From a virus, in IMG/VR virus record IMGVR_UViG_3300040801_003693, positions 32,001 to 96,000 of that record: a stretch of DNA of 64,000 nt; one strand, given 5' to 3'. The translations under genes were made by a program, and so were the position numbers. The first letter of the stretch is position 1. Every line of letters starts with the position of its first letter. Below are positions 48,055 to 57,594 of the stretch, piece after piece. The notes below the pieces were generated by a model. It was not told the origin of the DNA. It did no database searches and worked only from the letters and a program-made list of their open reading frames with translations.

Positions 48055-49191
48055 ATGGGAATATTAAATTCAAATCAAGTATTAGCTGGAGCAAGAACTG
48101 CGGGTGGTTATAAAACTTATGCCCAAGTGTTTACAAAGAAAGCTCCAGAGGTAAGAAAGAGTGGAAGTACTATTACAGTTGAGGGTGGTATTTTTGAAGT
48201 AGAGGGTAATTTAGTATCAGAGGATCTTAGTTTAAATCTAAACTCAATAAAAGATTTGCTGATGGATGATACTGAATATACTTTAGGATTGGTTCCTAAA
48301 TATTTAGAACCAATGAGTAAAATGGATGCAGTTAGCAACAATGTTTCTTATTACGTTGGGATGGAAACTTCTTTGATGGGTAATGATAGTGTTGCTTATC
48401 AATTTATCAATCCAGATGTTGAAGAAGCTTTAAAAGCAAAAGGCGGTTATACTAAGCTATCACAAAAAGTTTATGATGGAACTGCAACACCAGGAGACAT
48501 TACTGTATTTAATTCTTATGAAGAAGAATTAGAAAAGTTAAGAGATCCCCGTTATGTTATATCTCCTTTATTCCCTATTGGAGTAGAACTAGTATTAATG
48601 CAAACTGTTTATCTAGATAATTCCAGTAAGGCAAACGCTTTATGGTATAAAGATGAAGCAGGGTTTAAAAATACTATTGCTCGCTTAGGAGAAGTACCCG
48701 CTTTCCGTAAAGTAATGACTACTTCCTCTGCAAACTCTATGTATTTATCTGGAAATAAAAAGTATTTAGTTAAATCAGCAATGAGTTATAGCTCTCAAGC
48801 AGACGCTATGGAAAATGAAAATGGAAATCAAATTGATATGGAATCTATTACTACTTCCTTCGGCGGTAGCTATGTAGCAATTTATGAGTACAACCTTCCT
48901 TCTCATATGCCTTACGGGCAAACTCGTAAAGTAGATGGGTTAGTTGAATACATTTCTAAAAAGCATTCTATGCTCTTAGGCAGAATTGATCCCATATACT
49001 TAGCTCGTCCCACTTTTCACAACTATACTCCACAAGAAGTTGCAATGTCCCCATTGACTCATTACGCAGACCCAGAACCTGTAGCTAAAGTTGCAGTTAG
49101 TATCTCTGGTCTTGGTGCATTGACTTTAGACAATTTGGAAGTAGTTAACGGTCAAGGATTTATGAATCCTTTGAACCCTGACGTAGCATAA
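48055..49191 (+). CDS. putative virion structural protein
   Basis: ATG 48055 after the repeat; position in the head module. Confidence 0.65.
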   Translation: MGILNSNQVLAGARTAGGYKTYAQVFTKKAPEVRKSGSTITVEGGIFEVEGNLVSEDLSLNLNSIKDLLMDDTEYTLGLVPKYLEPMSKMDAVSNNVSYYVGMETSLMGNDSVAYQFINPDVEEALKAKGGYTKLSQKVYDGTATPGDITVFNSYEEELEKLRDPRYVISPLFPIGVELVLMQTVYLDNSSKANALWYKDEAGFKNTIARLGEVPAFRKVMTTSSANSMYLSGNKKYLVKSAMSYSSQADAMENENGNQIDMESITTSFGGSYVAIYEYNLPSHMPYGQTRKVDGLVEYISKKHSMLLGRIDPIYLARPTFHNYTPQEVAMSPLTHYADPEPVAKVAVSISGLGALTLDNLEVVNGQGFMNPLNPDVA

Positions 49192-49251
49192 AAACTGAAA
49201 TTGCATTATAAAAAATGCAATTTCAATTCTATATTATTTACTATAAAAATT

Positions 49252-49743
49252 ATGTTAGCTAGAGTTCTAATACTTTCTCCTTTTAAATACATTTATAAGA
49301 ATAAACAACTTAACTGTAGAACTGGAGAAAGTTTTTATTTAAATTTAGATATTCCTCAAGAGAAAGAAGAGATTAATTATCTACTTAATTCCGAATATTC
49401 TGAGTTGGTTTATATAGAGAATAAACCCACTGTAGTAAGTAAACTACAAATAGATTCTTCACCCTCGGAGAAAGAGAATGAAGAAACAAATATTGATACG
49501 GATACAGTAGCAAAGGAAACATCTTTTATTGCAGAGCAAGTAAAGTTAAGAACTGAAGAATTAATGAGAATGCATTGGAGAGAAATTAAAGATGTAGCTG
49601 AAACTTTTGGTGTTAAGTATATTCAAAAAGAAGAAACAATTAAAAAAATTATTGAATTGGAATTTAGTGCAATAGACGTGAAGTCTGCCGAACAGAGTAC
49701 TCTACCCGGCGAACTTCATGAAGACTCAACTACCGAGGAATAA
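49252..49743 (+). CDS. hypothetical protein (possible HeH/Rho-N-like C-terminus)
   Basis: LMRMHWREIKDVAETFGV...KEETIKKI. Confidence 0.55.
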   Translation: MLARVLILSPFKYIYKNKQLNCRTGESFYLNLDIPQEKEEINYLLNSEYSELVYIENKPTVVSKLQIDSSPSEKENEETNIDTDTVAKETSFIAEQVKLRTEELMRMHWREIKDVAETFGVKYIQKEETIKKIIELEFSAIDVKSAEQSTLPGELHEDSTTEE

Positions 49744-49748
49744 AATAA

Positions 49749-51944
49749 ATGTCATCCCAATTTGGAGGGGGTGCGCCTGGAGTAGGACATTTCCAAGGAC
49801 ATAATATTATTAAAGATTTCTTGAGAGCTAATATGTTGGATTTTTCCGACATGGTAATTTCTCATTCAGTAATTTTAAAAGCTTATGAAAGGAAGATGGA
49901 GGAGGTAATCCGTGTGGGTTATTCTCAGGTCTATCCTAGAATTGGTTTAATATTGTGTGCGGCGAAGAATTTAGATAACACTTTATTGTTTGGAGTGGGT
50001 CCCTCCTCTCCTCAATTACAAAGTGGTACGGGATACACTGCTGCAAGTTACAGTTCGGTTGAATTAAGCTTTCAGTTATTAAGGGATAACGTTCTTAATT
50101 TTATTACTTCGGATAGTTCCCCTTTTGCTGAGGGTATCACTAATGTTGCAGCCGCTCTTACTGCTTCTATTCTTATTCGACAACTACCTATTAATGCTGA
50201 TGTAAAGAATGTAGATTTAGGTAATCGCATTGAAGAGCAGGCAATCGCAGACTTGGATAGAATTATCTTTTTATATCAACAAGGTAGAGCGGTAGAAGAA
50301 GGGAGTTTAACTCTTCCTGCTCCTAGTCGTAGCAAGCAAACTATTTATATCGCTATGGATATAGATAGATCGACTTTACCGCCAGCTATGTTTAATGACG
50401 GAGATTTAAAAACTCCTAAGAGATTAGATGAAACAGACCCTGAGTATACGGTTAGAACCGAACGATCTTTAAGTATTGACGATTCACAGTTAGCCTGGTG
50501 TTATTATTACATATCTCCTATGGAAGGGCAGCCTTTAGTGGTAGTAAATGCAAATGCCCTTACAGATCCTATATACCAGATTAATCCAGGTGTTAGCGTT
50601 CCTCCTCCCAAAGAAGGAATTTTTTTTATTGAAGATGGTTGGGATGCTAATAATATTATTGAAGTCTTAGCAGATGAAATAAATGCAGCTTGTTTAAATC
50701 CCCGCGATCCGAAACACGCTACGAATATTATTCTCTCTCCCAATCATGGAGAAACTTTACTGAGTAATGTTGTTACTCCTAAGAAAAAAATATACCCAGA
50801 TATTATTGACGACCCTTACGAACGTAAAATACTCGCGTTCCGAATGATTCATCAAGTTAATTATTTAACCTTTGCTGCTAGAAGAAGAAGTAATATAGTT
50901 GATCGTGAATTGATTATTGTTAAATTCTACTCTGCAAACAAAACTGATTTGGCTTTAGATTTAATTCCAAATTTAGATAATTATACTTATCGTGGTAGAT
51001 ATAGAGAAGACTTTACTTATAATGCTGGAAACATTGTAGATGTTTCTAGCGGCTCTCAATCAGTTAGTTACATAGCTAAGACAAATAATGTTAAAGGTGA
51101 AACTCCAGCATCTAGTTCTCCCAACTGGAAATTATTATTTAGTGATTCATCTGATTTTAAATCTTTAAGAAAGAATCCTTCGGTAAATCCTTATATCAAT
51201 GGTTTGGTTTACGGACTCTCCCCCACATATGCTTATTTAGAAAAACAAGGTCCTGTTTCCATTACTCTAGAAGTTCGAGATGGTGATGTCAAAGCTATTA
51301 CCGCTAAGCAAGATTTACCCTCAGAGCTTACTCCAGAAGGTGAAGATGTTAATGATTATGTTATTGATTGCTTTTGGTTCAGACTCAGTGGTGGTAATGT
51401 CACTGGCACTTTAAAATTAAATATCTCTTCTTTTGATGTAACTCAGTTTCCTAACATTCTCTCCGGAGGAAACATTAATCCCGACGGAACTATAGACGTT
51501 AGCTTTACTGCCGCCGATGCAGAAGAAGTGGCGATCGCTGTACTACTCTCTTTGTATCCTTTGTCACAGGCTACTGATGTCTTAGCTGCTTTGGTTCACA
51601 GTAGTACTGAATTTGGTGCAGCATTACAATTTACTGCTTTCAAGAAAACTCCTTTAGAAATTAAAGAAGTTATTGATATTTTAAATGAAGTTGCGGGTTT
51701 GGAAGTAGCAACTGGCACTTGGTATCGCCCAATCACACCTTTCCGAATTAAACCCAGAAGTTTGATTATTGATGCTACTACTATTGATAAGTTAACTGCT
51801 ACACAAACTCCAAATAATTCAGAACTAATTAATGAAGGCTATAACCCAGGAGTAACAAGCGTTAGTCATATTCCTTTATCTAGCCGCATTCAACACGTTT
51901 ACGACAAGATAAGTTTTTTAAATAGGTTTAAAAATAATTGTTAA
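49749..51944 (+). CDS. putative head-tail/neck structural protein
   Basis: 731 aa in the morphogenesis operon; contains YRGRY...YNAGNIV...SPNW carbohydrate-binding-like segment. Confidence 0.6.
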   Translation: MSSQFGGGAPGVGHFQGHNIIKDFLRANMLDFSDMVISHSVILKAYERKMEEVIRVGYSQVYPRIGLILCAAKNLDNTLLFGVGPSSPQLQSGTGYTAASYSSVELSFQLLRDNVLNFITSDSSPFAEGITNVAAALTASILIRQLPINADVKNVDLGNRIEEQAIADLDRIIFLYQQGRAVEEGSLTLPAPSRSKQTIYIAMDIDRSTLPPAMFNDGDLKTPKRLDETDPEYTVRTERSLSIDDSQLAWCYYYISPMEGQPLVVVNANALTDPIYQINPGVSVPPPKEGIFFIEDGWDANNIIEVLADEINAACLNPRDPKHATNIILSPNHGETLLSNVVTPKKKIYPDIIDDPYERKILAFRMIHQVNYLTFAARRRSNIVDRELIIVKFYSANKTDLALDLIPNLDNYTYRGRYREDFTYNAGNIVDVSSGSQSVSYIAKTNNVKGETPASSSPNWKLLFSDSSDFKSLRKNPSVNPYINGLVYGLSPTYAYLEKQGPVSITLEVRDGDVKAITAKQDLPSELTPEGEDVNDYVIDCFWFRLSGGNVTGTLKLNISSFDVTQFPNILSGGNINPDGTIDVSFTAADAEEVAIAVLLSLYPLSQATDVLAALVHSSTEFGAALQFTAFKKTPLEIKEVIDILNEVAGLEVATGTWYRPITPFRIKPRSLIIDATTIDKLTATQTPNNSELINEGYNPGVTSVSHIPLSSRIQHVYDKISFLNRFKNNC

Positions 51945-51947
51945 GTT

Positions 51948-52733
51948 ATGTTACTAACTCCGGTTGTCCCTTCTCTTTGCCAGCTTCAGTATTCTTTACT
52001 TAAGTACATTAGTAGCCATCCTTTGATGCAGGCTCCTTTAGTATTTCATCCAGTAACAAAACTTCATATTCCTGTCAATAGCTATAGATTTCAACGAGGC
52101 ATTCCTCTTACTGATGGATTAAGTTGTGCAATTATTCCGGCTTATTATCAAAGCGATCCGAGTAGTGGATTTCCCAGTCCAGCTTCTATTAATACTTCTG
52201 TATTATATAAACCTTATGAACTAGGTAGACATAATGAAGAAGCTTTATATCAATTCTATATTGAATTTACTTATAGAGAAGTCAGTATTGAATCAATGGA
52301 TTTGTTAGAGGACCCTTATTTTACAGAAGTTTTTGAAGATGCTCCTATGCATCCTAATGAAATCATGCTTAAGGGATTAGAGACAAAGAATATTGAAGTT
52401 AGCATTAATCCTCCCCTGGAGATAATATCTAATTACTTAGAATTGGTTAGATTAATTATGTACGACAAAGTTCATATGCAGCAACAGCCTTTAAATCCAT
52501 TGTTTCCCGGACAGATCGAAGGAATAGAGTGCGTACACTTAAATTATTCTACTTCCAATTGGTCGGAGAATACCAATCCTGTATTCCATCAAGGACACCT
52601 TTGCTTGCGTCTACAAGTACATATTAATATGGGATGGAGAGATAAGTTTACTCCTATTCTAAATCAAATTAATACAGAGTATCAAAGAAAGATTAACATT
52701 ACTGTTGAACAACAAAAAATAACTTTTGATTAA
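51948..52733 (+). CDS. putative tail terminator/neck protein
   Basis: size and synteny only. Confidence 0.5.
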   Translation: MLLTPVVPSLCQLQYSLLKYISSHPLMQAPLVFHPVTKLHIPVNSYRFQRGIPLTDGLSCAIIPAYYQSDPSSGFPSPASINTSVLYKPYELGRHNEEALYQFYIEFTYREVSIESMDLLEDPYFTEVFEDAPMHPNEIMLKGLETKNIEVSINPPLEIISNYLELVRLIMYDKVHMQQQPLNPLFPGQIEGIECVHLNYSTSNWSENTNPVFHQGHLCLRLQVHINMGWRDKFTPILNQINTEYQRKINITVEQQKITFD

Positions 52734-52834
52734 TTCAAACACTAGCTTTTTACAATAATTAATATTAAGATAAAAAAATAACTTTTAATAAACTAATGAT
52801 AAAAAAATATGTTGTCTCATTAAGGAGACAGTAG

Positions 52835-53800
52835 ATGAAGAAATTTATATTCTTTCCTGCGGGATTATCAGGAGAATATTTACCGTTTTTTATTAATCCA
52901 AATCCAATTTCTTATTTCTGTTTAGATGTTCCGTTATTGATTGATAATGTAAAAAAACATGGAACAGCAAATGTACTGTGGGAACAAATTGGTGGACCAA
53001 TAATTGAAATTCAAAATGAAGCAACTTTAACTCCTACAATTATTTTCAATGACCAAGTTCAAGGACAGAAAATAACTATTAGATTAAAGTATATAGATAA
53101 GCCAAATATATTTACTGATGTAGAAATAGATCCTTTTGTATTTAGTTTAATATTGTCTCAATTTACTTCAGATTCAAAAGCTATACCAGATGTATATGAT
53201 ATTAGAACATTAGATATTACTTTTCCGCCACCCCAGTTTAATTTAATAGAGTCTTTCTGCTTTAATTCAGATTCGGAAGACATTTATATTAAATGGTTAA
53301 ATCCGTCGAGCGACTCGAATAAAATATTTGATTCAACTTTAATTAGAAGAAATGATGATGGAGAATATTCTGTAAAGGCATCTGTAGATAGTTCCGCTTT
53401 CCCCGGAGCATATACAAAGAATAACAGAAATCATAAGATCATTTCGGTATACAAGGATAAATTAGGAAATACTTTTTTCTATCAAGGTAAGACAAGAAGA
53501 ATTAAATTAGATTATGTTATTAGTGGAGTCAACGATTTAGTCTTATCAAGATTTTATTCTGATACTAAAAGAGTAAGTCATGAATACCCTTTCATATTAA
53601 GACTTAAAAATCAGATTGGCAAATCTACAGTTAATAATAACTTTAACTCTAAGTCATCTAGAGAAAGTTTTGTATATCCTTTTAGAGCTACTGTTACAGA
53701 GCAGAATGTAAGTTCTTCTGTTTCAAACAGTTTCGATTCACAAACTATAAGAAATAACGTTACATATATATTTATTGCCGGAGGTATAACCGTTGGATAA
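52835..53800 (+). CDS. putative structural protein
   Basis: beta-rich, coupled to the fibre gene. Confidence 0.55.
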   Translation: MKKFIFFPAGLSGEYLPFFINPNPISYFCLDVPLLIDNVKKHGTANVLWEQIGGPIIEIQNEATLTPTIIFNDQVQGQKITIRLKYIDKPNIFTDVEIDPFVFSLILSQFTSDSKAIPDVYDIRTLDITFPPPQFNLIESFCFNSDSEDIYIKWLNPSSDSNKIFDSTLIRRNDDGEYSVKASVDSSAFPGAYTKNNRNHKIISVYKDKLGNTFFYQGKTRRIKLDYVISGVNDLVLSRFYSDTKRVSHEYPFILRLKNQIGKSTVNNNFNSKSSRESFVYPFRATVTEQNVSSSVSNSFDSQTIRNNVTYIFIAGGITVG

Positions 53801-56800
53801 AAATTTAGGTATTACAGGAGAATTTACCATCTCCATTAAAGATCAAAATACAGATCGAGAGAGAATCAATTTAAAAGTTAAGAATAATATTACAGATGCG
53901 TTTTTTAAATCATTAATAGACAGCTTTCAATCTGTAAGATATTTCTCTAGTTATGTCATCGACCAAACTCAGCTAGGTTCATTATTGTCTTCTAATATTT
54001 CAATATCTACTTCGGATAAAAATTATGGAAAGCATATTAATATATTAGACCAAATTATAGCTACAGCAGAAACTAACACAGACATACTAGGACCTAAAGT
54101 TGGAATTATAGATAGAACGGATAGCTCTCCTTTGTTTATAGAATATAAACAAAGGATACTTTCAACAGAAGCAAAGTATGGTTCTGGAAATGGTTTTGAT
54201 AGATTTTTTAGAACTATTTGTTTAAGTCTTTCTACTTTAAGATCAAATATAGATCATACAGAAAATGGTGCTGCATCTTTTGCTAAGTCTGTTGTTTATG
54301 CCTATGCTGTATTAGATAGTGATTGCGAACAAAAAGCAAATGAAATAGTAGATGTAACCTATAGATTACAGATTCCAGATGACAATTCTAAATATTTTGC
54401 TGATTATTTAGCCTTAAAAATATTTAATAATGAATATATAGATTCTGCTTATAAACAAAGATCTATATCTTATTTTCCATCTGAAGATTATAAAAATATT
54501 TTTAGGTCTGGTGATGGATATAAAGCGGATAATACAATTTCAGTACTTAAATCCCAAAAACAAAAAGCATCTTTTGGAGGATTAAAGACTACTTATATTC
54601 AAGACCATGAGGTAATTGATGATAAAAACTATGGTAGAATTTTTGGAAGTGTTCAATCTGGAATAGCAAATAATTCCACTTTTGTTACTAGTGTCAATTC
54701 TTCTAAAACAAGTCCTATTCAATCTGTTTTTTCTCACAGCGCAAATGCTTATAAACCTTTACAAGACATTAACACTTTAGCCGGAGCTTACGTTAAACCA
54801 GTACTTAGTGGAGATCCAAATCCGACTCTACCCAAATATTATAAGATTAATATGACGGTAGCCGGGGAGATTGGAACAAGTGCATATAGTATTTGTAGAA
54901 GAAACATTACAGGTTTTACTGATTCAGCTTCTACTGGATTTATCAATAATGACGAACATATACCTTTCTTTGCAATAACAGATAATTTAGGGGGAGTAGA
55001 AAATAATACTACTCCGGTAATGATTAAACCTTATGATGATTATCATGGAGGGGTTAGAAACAATACTAGATTTATAAAAATTAATGAATTTAATATAGTT
55101 AGTTGGGATAGAACTGGTGTAACGGTAACTAATATTATTACAGGTAAACACGTTAGTTATGAATCAATTAATGGAGTAAATTTAACTGATGTTCGTAACT
55201 GCTCTGTTGAAAGGATAGATAGTGATAGCTATAAATTATATATCGCTTGTGCAGACAAAGGTTTATTTGTAGTTCAATTTTTTAACATTAATACTAGTTT
55301 TGGTTCTGCTGTAATTAATCCTACTAGCACACCTTGTTTAAGCGTTGATTGTGGAAAGCAGGTCTTTGCTTTATTTAATCAAGGGGGAGAGTTAAAACTT
55401 AGAAATTCAGATGACTGGGGTGCAAACTTAAGCTTTAGTTTACCACTTTCCCAATTAAGTGAAGGTTCAATTGATTCTGTTTATTATATCAAAGCAGATA
55501 AAGATGTAACAAATAACGAATCAATTAATTATGTTGCTATATGTGCTGTTGATAGTAGCAATACAATAGGTTTGTTTTGGTGGGATGATAATAGTTCAAC
55601 TACTAGATCAAGTTTATTCTCTGCTTTTTATCGTAGCTGGGATGGTACAAATGGTATAATCCCAAGTCAATATTGGAATACTCCTTTTGACGTTGCAACA
55701 AACGATAATAATTATTATTATGTAAATCCTGTTAACTTAGCTTGTGATAGTAGAGGAAACTGGTATGCATGGAATAGTAATAGTACCTTCTCCTCCGGGG
55801 AGACAAATACTTCAAATATAATTCCGTTACCTTCTTCAGAAGCTTTTGCTTTTAATATTCCAATGGTTACAGAAGAAGATTATGTCTTAGGGAAAGAAAA
55901 TATATTCTATTTTGATAATGGAGCTTTCTATAAAGTAGCTTCAAGAGATAGAACCAGTGTAAGCTGTTCTGGAAGTGGATATTCAAATGCACAAGAAAGA
56001 ACAAGTTCTAATATTCGTGAAGTAGTTCCAGTTTATTTATCTAAAGGATCTATATTTTATAATAACGGTCTTTGTAATCCATACTACAGTGCTATTTCTA
56101 ATGAAGCTTCAACTATTGGAGAAGGTAGACAGCTAAACCAGAGTAACGTAATACTAAATCCTATTGTCTGGGATTATTATAGTTATGATGGTAATGATTG
56201 GATTAAAACTAATCCCACATTTAATTCCTCTACTGGTGTGTGGGATATGCCTGCAATTACAGGTCGGTTAACTCATTCTACAGACCAACAGTTAGAAGGA
56301 ATTGATTCTCTTTTATCTTTAAGATGGGATGCGCTACAAGGAGTATCAACTCCATCAGAAATAGGAGAATGGTATTCTTACGTAGTTTGCGTAGGAGAAA
56401 TGAAGGATGAAACTAATACTCAAACCTACAAAAATTCTTGGTATTTAGCAAAGTTAATAGACGCGACTTTAACAAGTACTGCTATTCCGACTTCAGGAGA
56501 AATGTATGCTCCTGTATCTTTATACGGCGGTAGTTCACCCGATGATAAATATCGCTCTTTAGAACCTGATAATATTAGTTATTACGATTTAAATATTCAA
56601 GGTTATTCTGTTGCAGCTAATATCATCTTAGACCCAAACATTGAACCGGGACTAAATGACATTTTAATTAATACCGCAACTGGTAAGTTAATTTTTAACA
56701 GTGCGGATATTGGGAAGAATGTAAGTGGTACATATAAGTATGTGCAAACTGATTATTCTTTACCTGTACCTAGTATTAATTCTTTGCCTTCAGAAATAAA

Positions 56801-57485
56801 TACTATTCAAGAGCCTAAATTAATATTAAGTGGAACAGAAGGTCTTACTTTAGATGGAACAAATGTAGTTTCTTGGGAAGATTCTTCTCCCCGGCAGATA
56901 ATTTACTCCCAAACTGAAGCTGCAAATAGACCTACCACTAAAACCAAGAATGGTAATCCTGTAGTTGCTTTTGACGATATTGTACCTCAGTGGTTAGAAG
57001 CAGAAGATTATCCTTTGTTACTAAAAAATGGAATTAGTTTTGTAACTGCTATTCGTCCGGAAGATGCAGATGGAGGAATTTTATCTATTAATCATGAAAT
57101 TGATTATCCAGTTTTCGGATTATCTTATGATTCTACTAAAATAAGAATTAAATTTACTAATTCTGGATTTTATCTTGATATTCCATATACTCTACCTGTA
57201 GATAGCTGGTCTTTAATAACCGCTTCTTTAAATTTCAATGAACTAAAATTTACCATAAACATAAATGGAAATACAAATTTTACTGGAGATATTCCAAAAG
57301 TTCCGTTATTTGATGCAGTAACTAAAGTCACTTTGGGAAGAGTAATTCGTTTTAACAATAGCACCACATCAGTCAAGAATTTCAAAGGTTGTATTGCATA
57401 CTTATCTTTATATGATAATTATTTGACAAAACCAGAGTTAGAAAAAATTCAAAATTATGTAAATTCTTTATATGCAATTTACTAA
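53793..57485 (+). CDS. tail fibre/receptor-binding-like protein with C-terminal LamG/ConA-like domain
   Basis: 1230 aa, S/N/T-rich; VVSWEDSS...WSLIT...FKGCIAYLSLYD..L...QNY. Confidence 0.7.
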   Translation: MDKNLGITGEFTISIKDQNTDRERINLKVKNNITDAFFKSLIDSFQSVRYFSSYVIDQTQLGSLLSSNISISTSDKNYGKHINILDQIIATAETNTDILGPKVGIIDRTDSSPLFIEYKQRILSTEAKYGSGNGFDRFFRTICLSLSTLRSNIDHTENGAASFAKSVVYAYAVLDSDCEQKANEIVDVTYRLQIPDDNSKYFADYLALKIFNNEYIDSAYKQRSISYFPSEDYKNIFRSGDGYKADNTISVLKSQKQKASFGGLKTTYIQDHEVIDDKNYGRIFGSVQSGIANNSTFVTSVNSSKTSPIQSVFSHSANAYKPLQDINTLAGAYVKPVLSGDPNPTLPKYYKINMTVAGEIGTSAYSICRRNITGFTDSASTGFINNDEHIPFFAITDNLGGVENNTTPVMIKPYDDYHGGVRNNTRFIKINEFNIVSWDRTGVTVTNIITGKHVSYESINGVNLTDVRNCSVERIDSDSYKLYIACADKGLFVVQFFNINTSFGSAVINPTSTPCLSVDCGKQVFALFNQGGELKLRNSDDWGANLSFSLPLSQLSEGSIDSVYYIKADKDVTNNESINYVAICAVDSSNTIGLFWWDDNSSTTRSSLFSAFYRSWDGTNGIIPSQYWNTPFDVATNDNNYYYVNPVNLACDSRGNWYAWNSNSTFSSGETNTSNIIPLPSSEAFAFNIPMVTEEDYVLGKENIFYFDNGAFYKVASRDRTSVSCSGSGYSNAQERTSSNIREVVPVYLSKGSIFYNNGLCNPYYSAISNEASTIGEGRQLNQSNVILNPIVWDYYSYDGNDWIKTNPTFNSSTGVWDMPAITGRLTHSTDQQLEGIDSLLSLRWDALQGVSTPSEIGEWYSYVVCVGEMKDETNTQTYKNSWYLAKLIDATLTSTAIPTSGEMYAPVSLYGGSSPDDKYRSLEPDNISYYDLNIQGYSVAANIILDPNIEPGLNDILINTATGKLIFNSADIGKNVSGTYKYVQTDYSLPVPSINSLPSEINTIQEPKLILSGTEGLTLDGTNVVSWEDSSPRQIIYSQTEAANRPTTKTKNGNPVVAFDDIVPQWLEAEDYPLLLKNGISFVTAIRPEDADGGILSINHEIDYPVFGLSYDSTKIRIKFTNSGFYLDIPYTLPVDSWSLITASLNFNELKFTININGNTNFTGDIPKVPLFDAVTKVTLGRVIRFNNSTTSVKNFKGCIAYLSLYDNYLTKPELEKIQNYVNSLYAIY

Positions 57486-57594
57486 CTGATAAAATCTACC
57501 CACAATATATAACAACAAATAATTAATAATTAATAGTTAGAAGAGATCTAAAGTATCTCTTCTAATTTTTTTATAAGATATTTTAAAATTTTAA

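Noticed and set aside
1542-57385. Short antisense ORFs inside long genes (e.g. 1542, 4989, 5973, 7009, 9947, 25048, 31691, 46940, 50507, 57170)
   Set aside because: Shadow frames of real genes, with no RBS or recognisable motifs.
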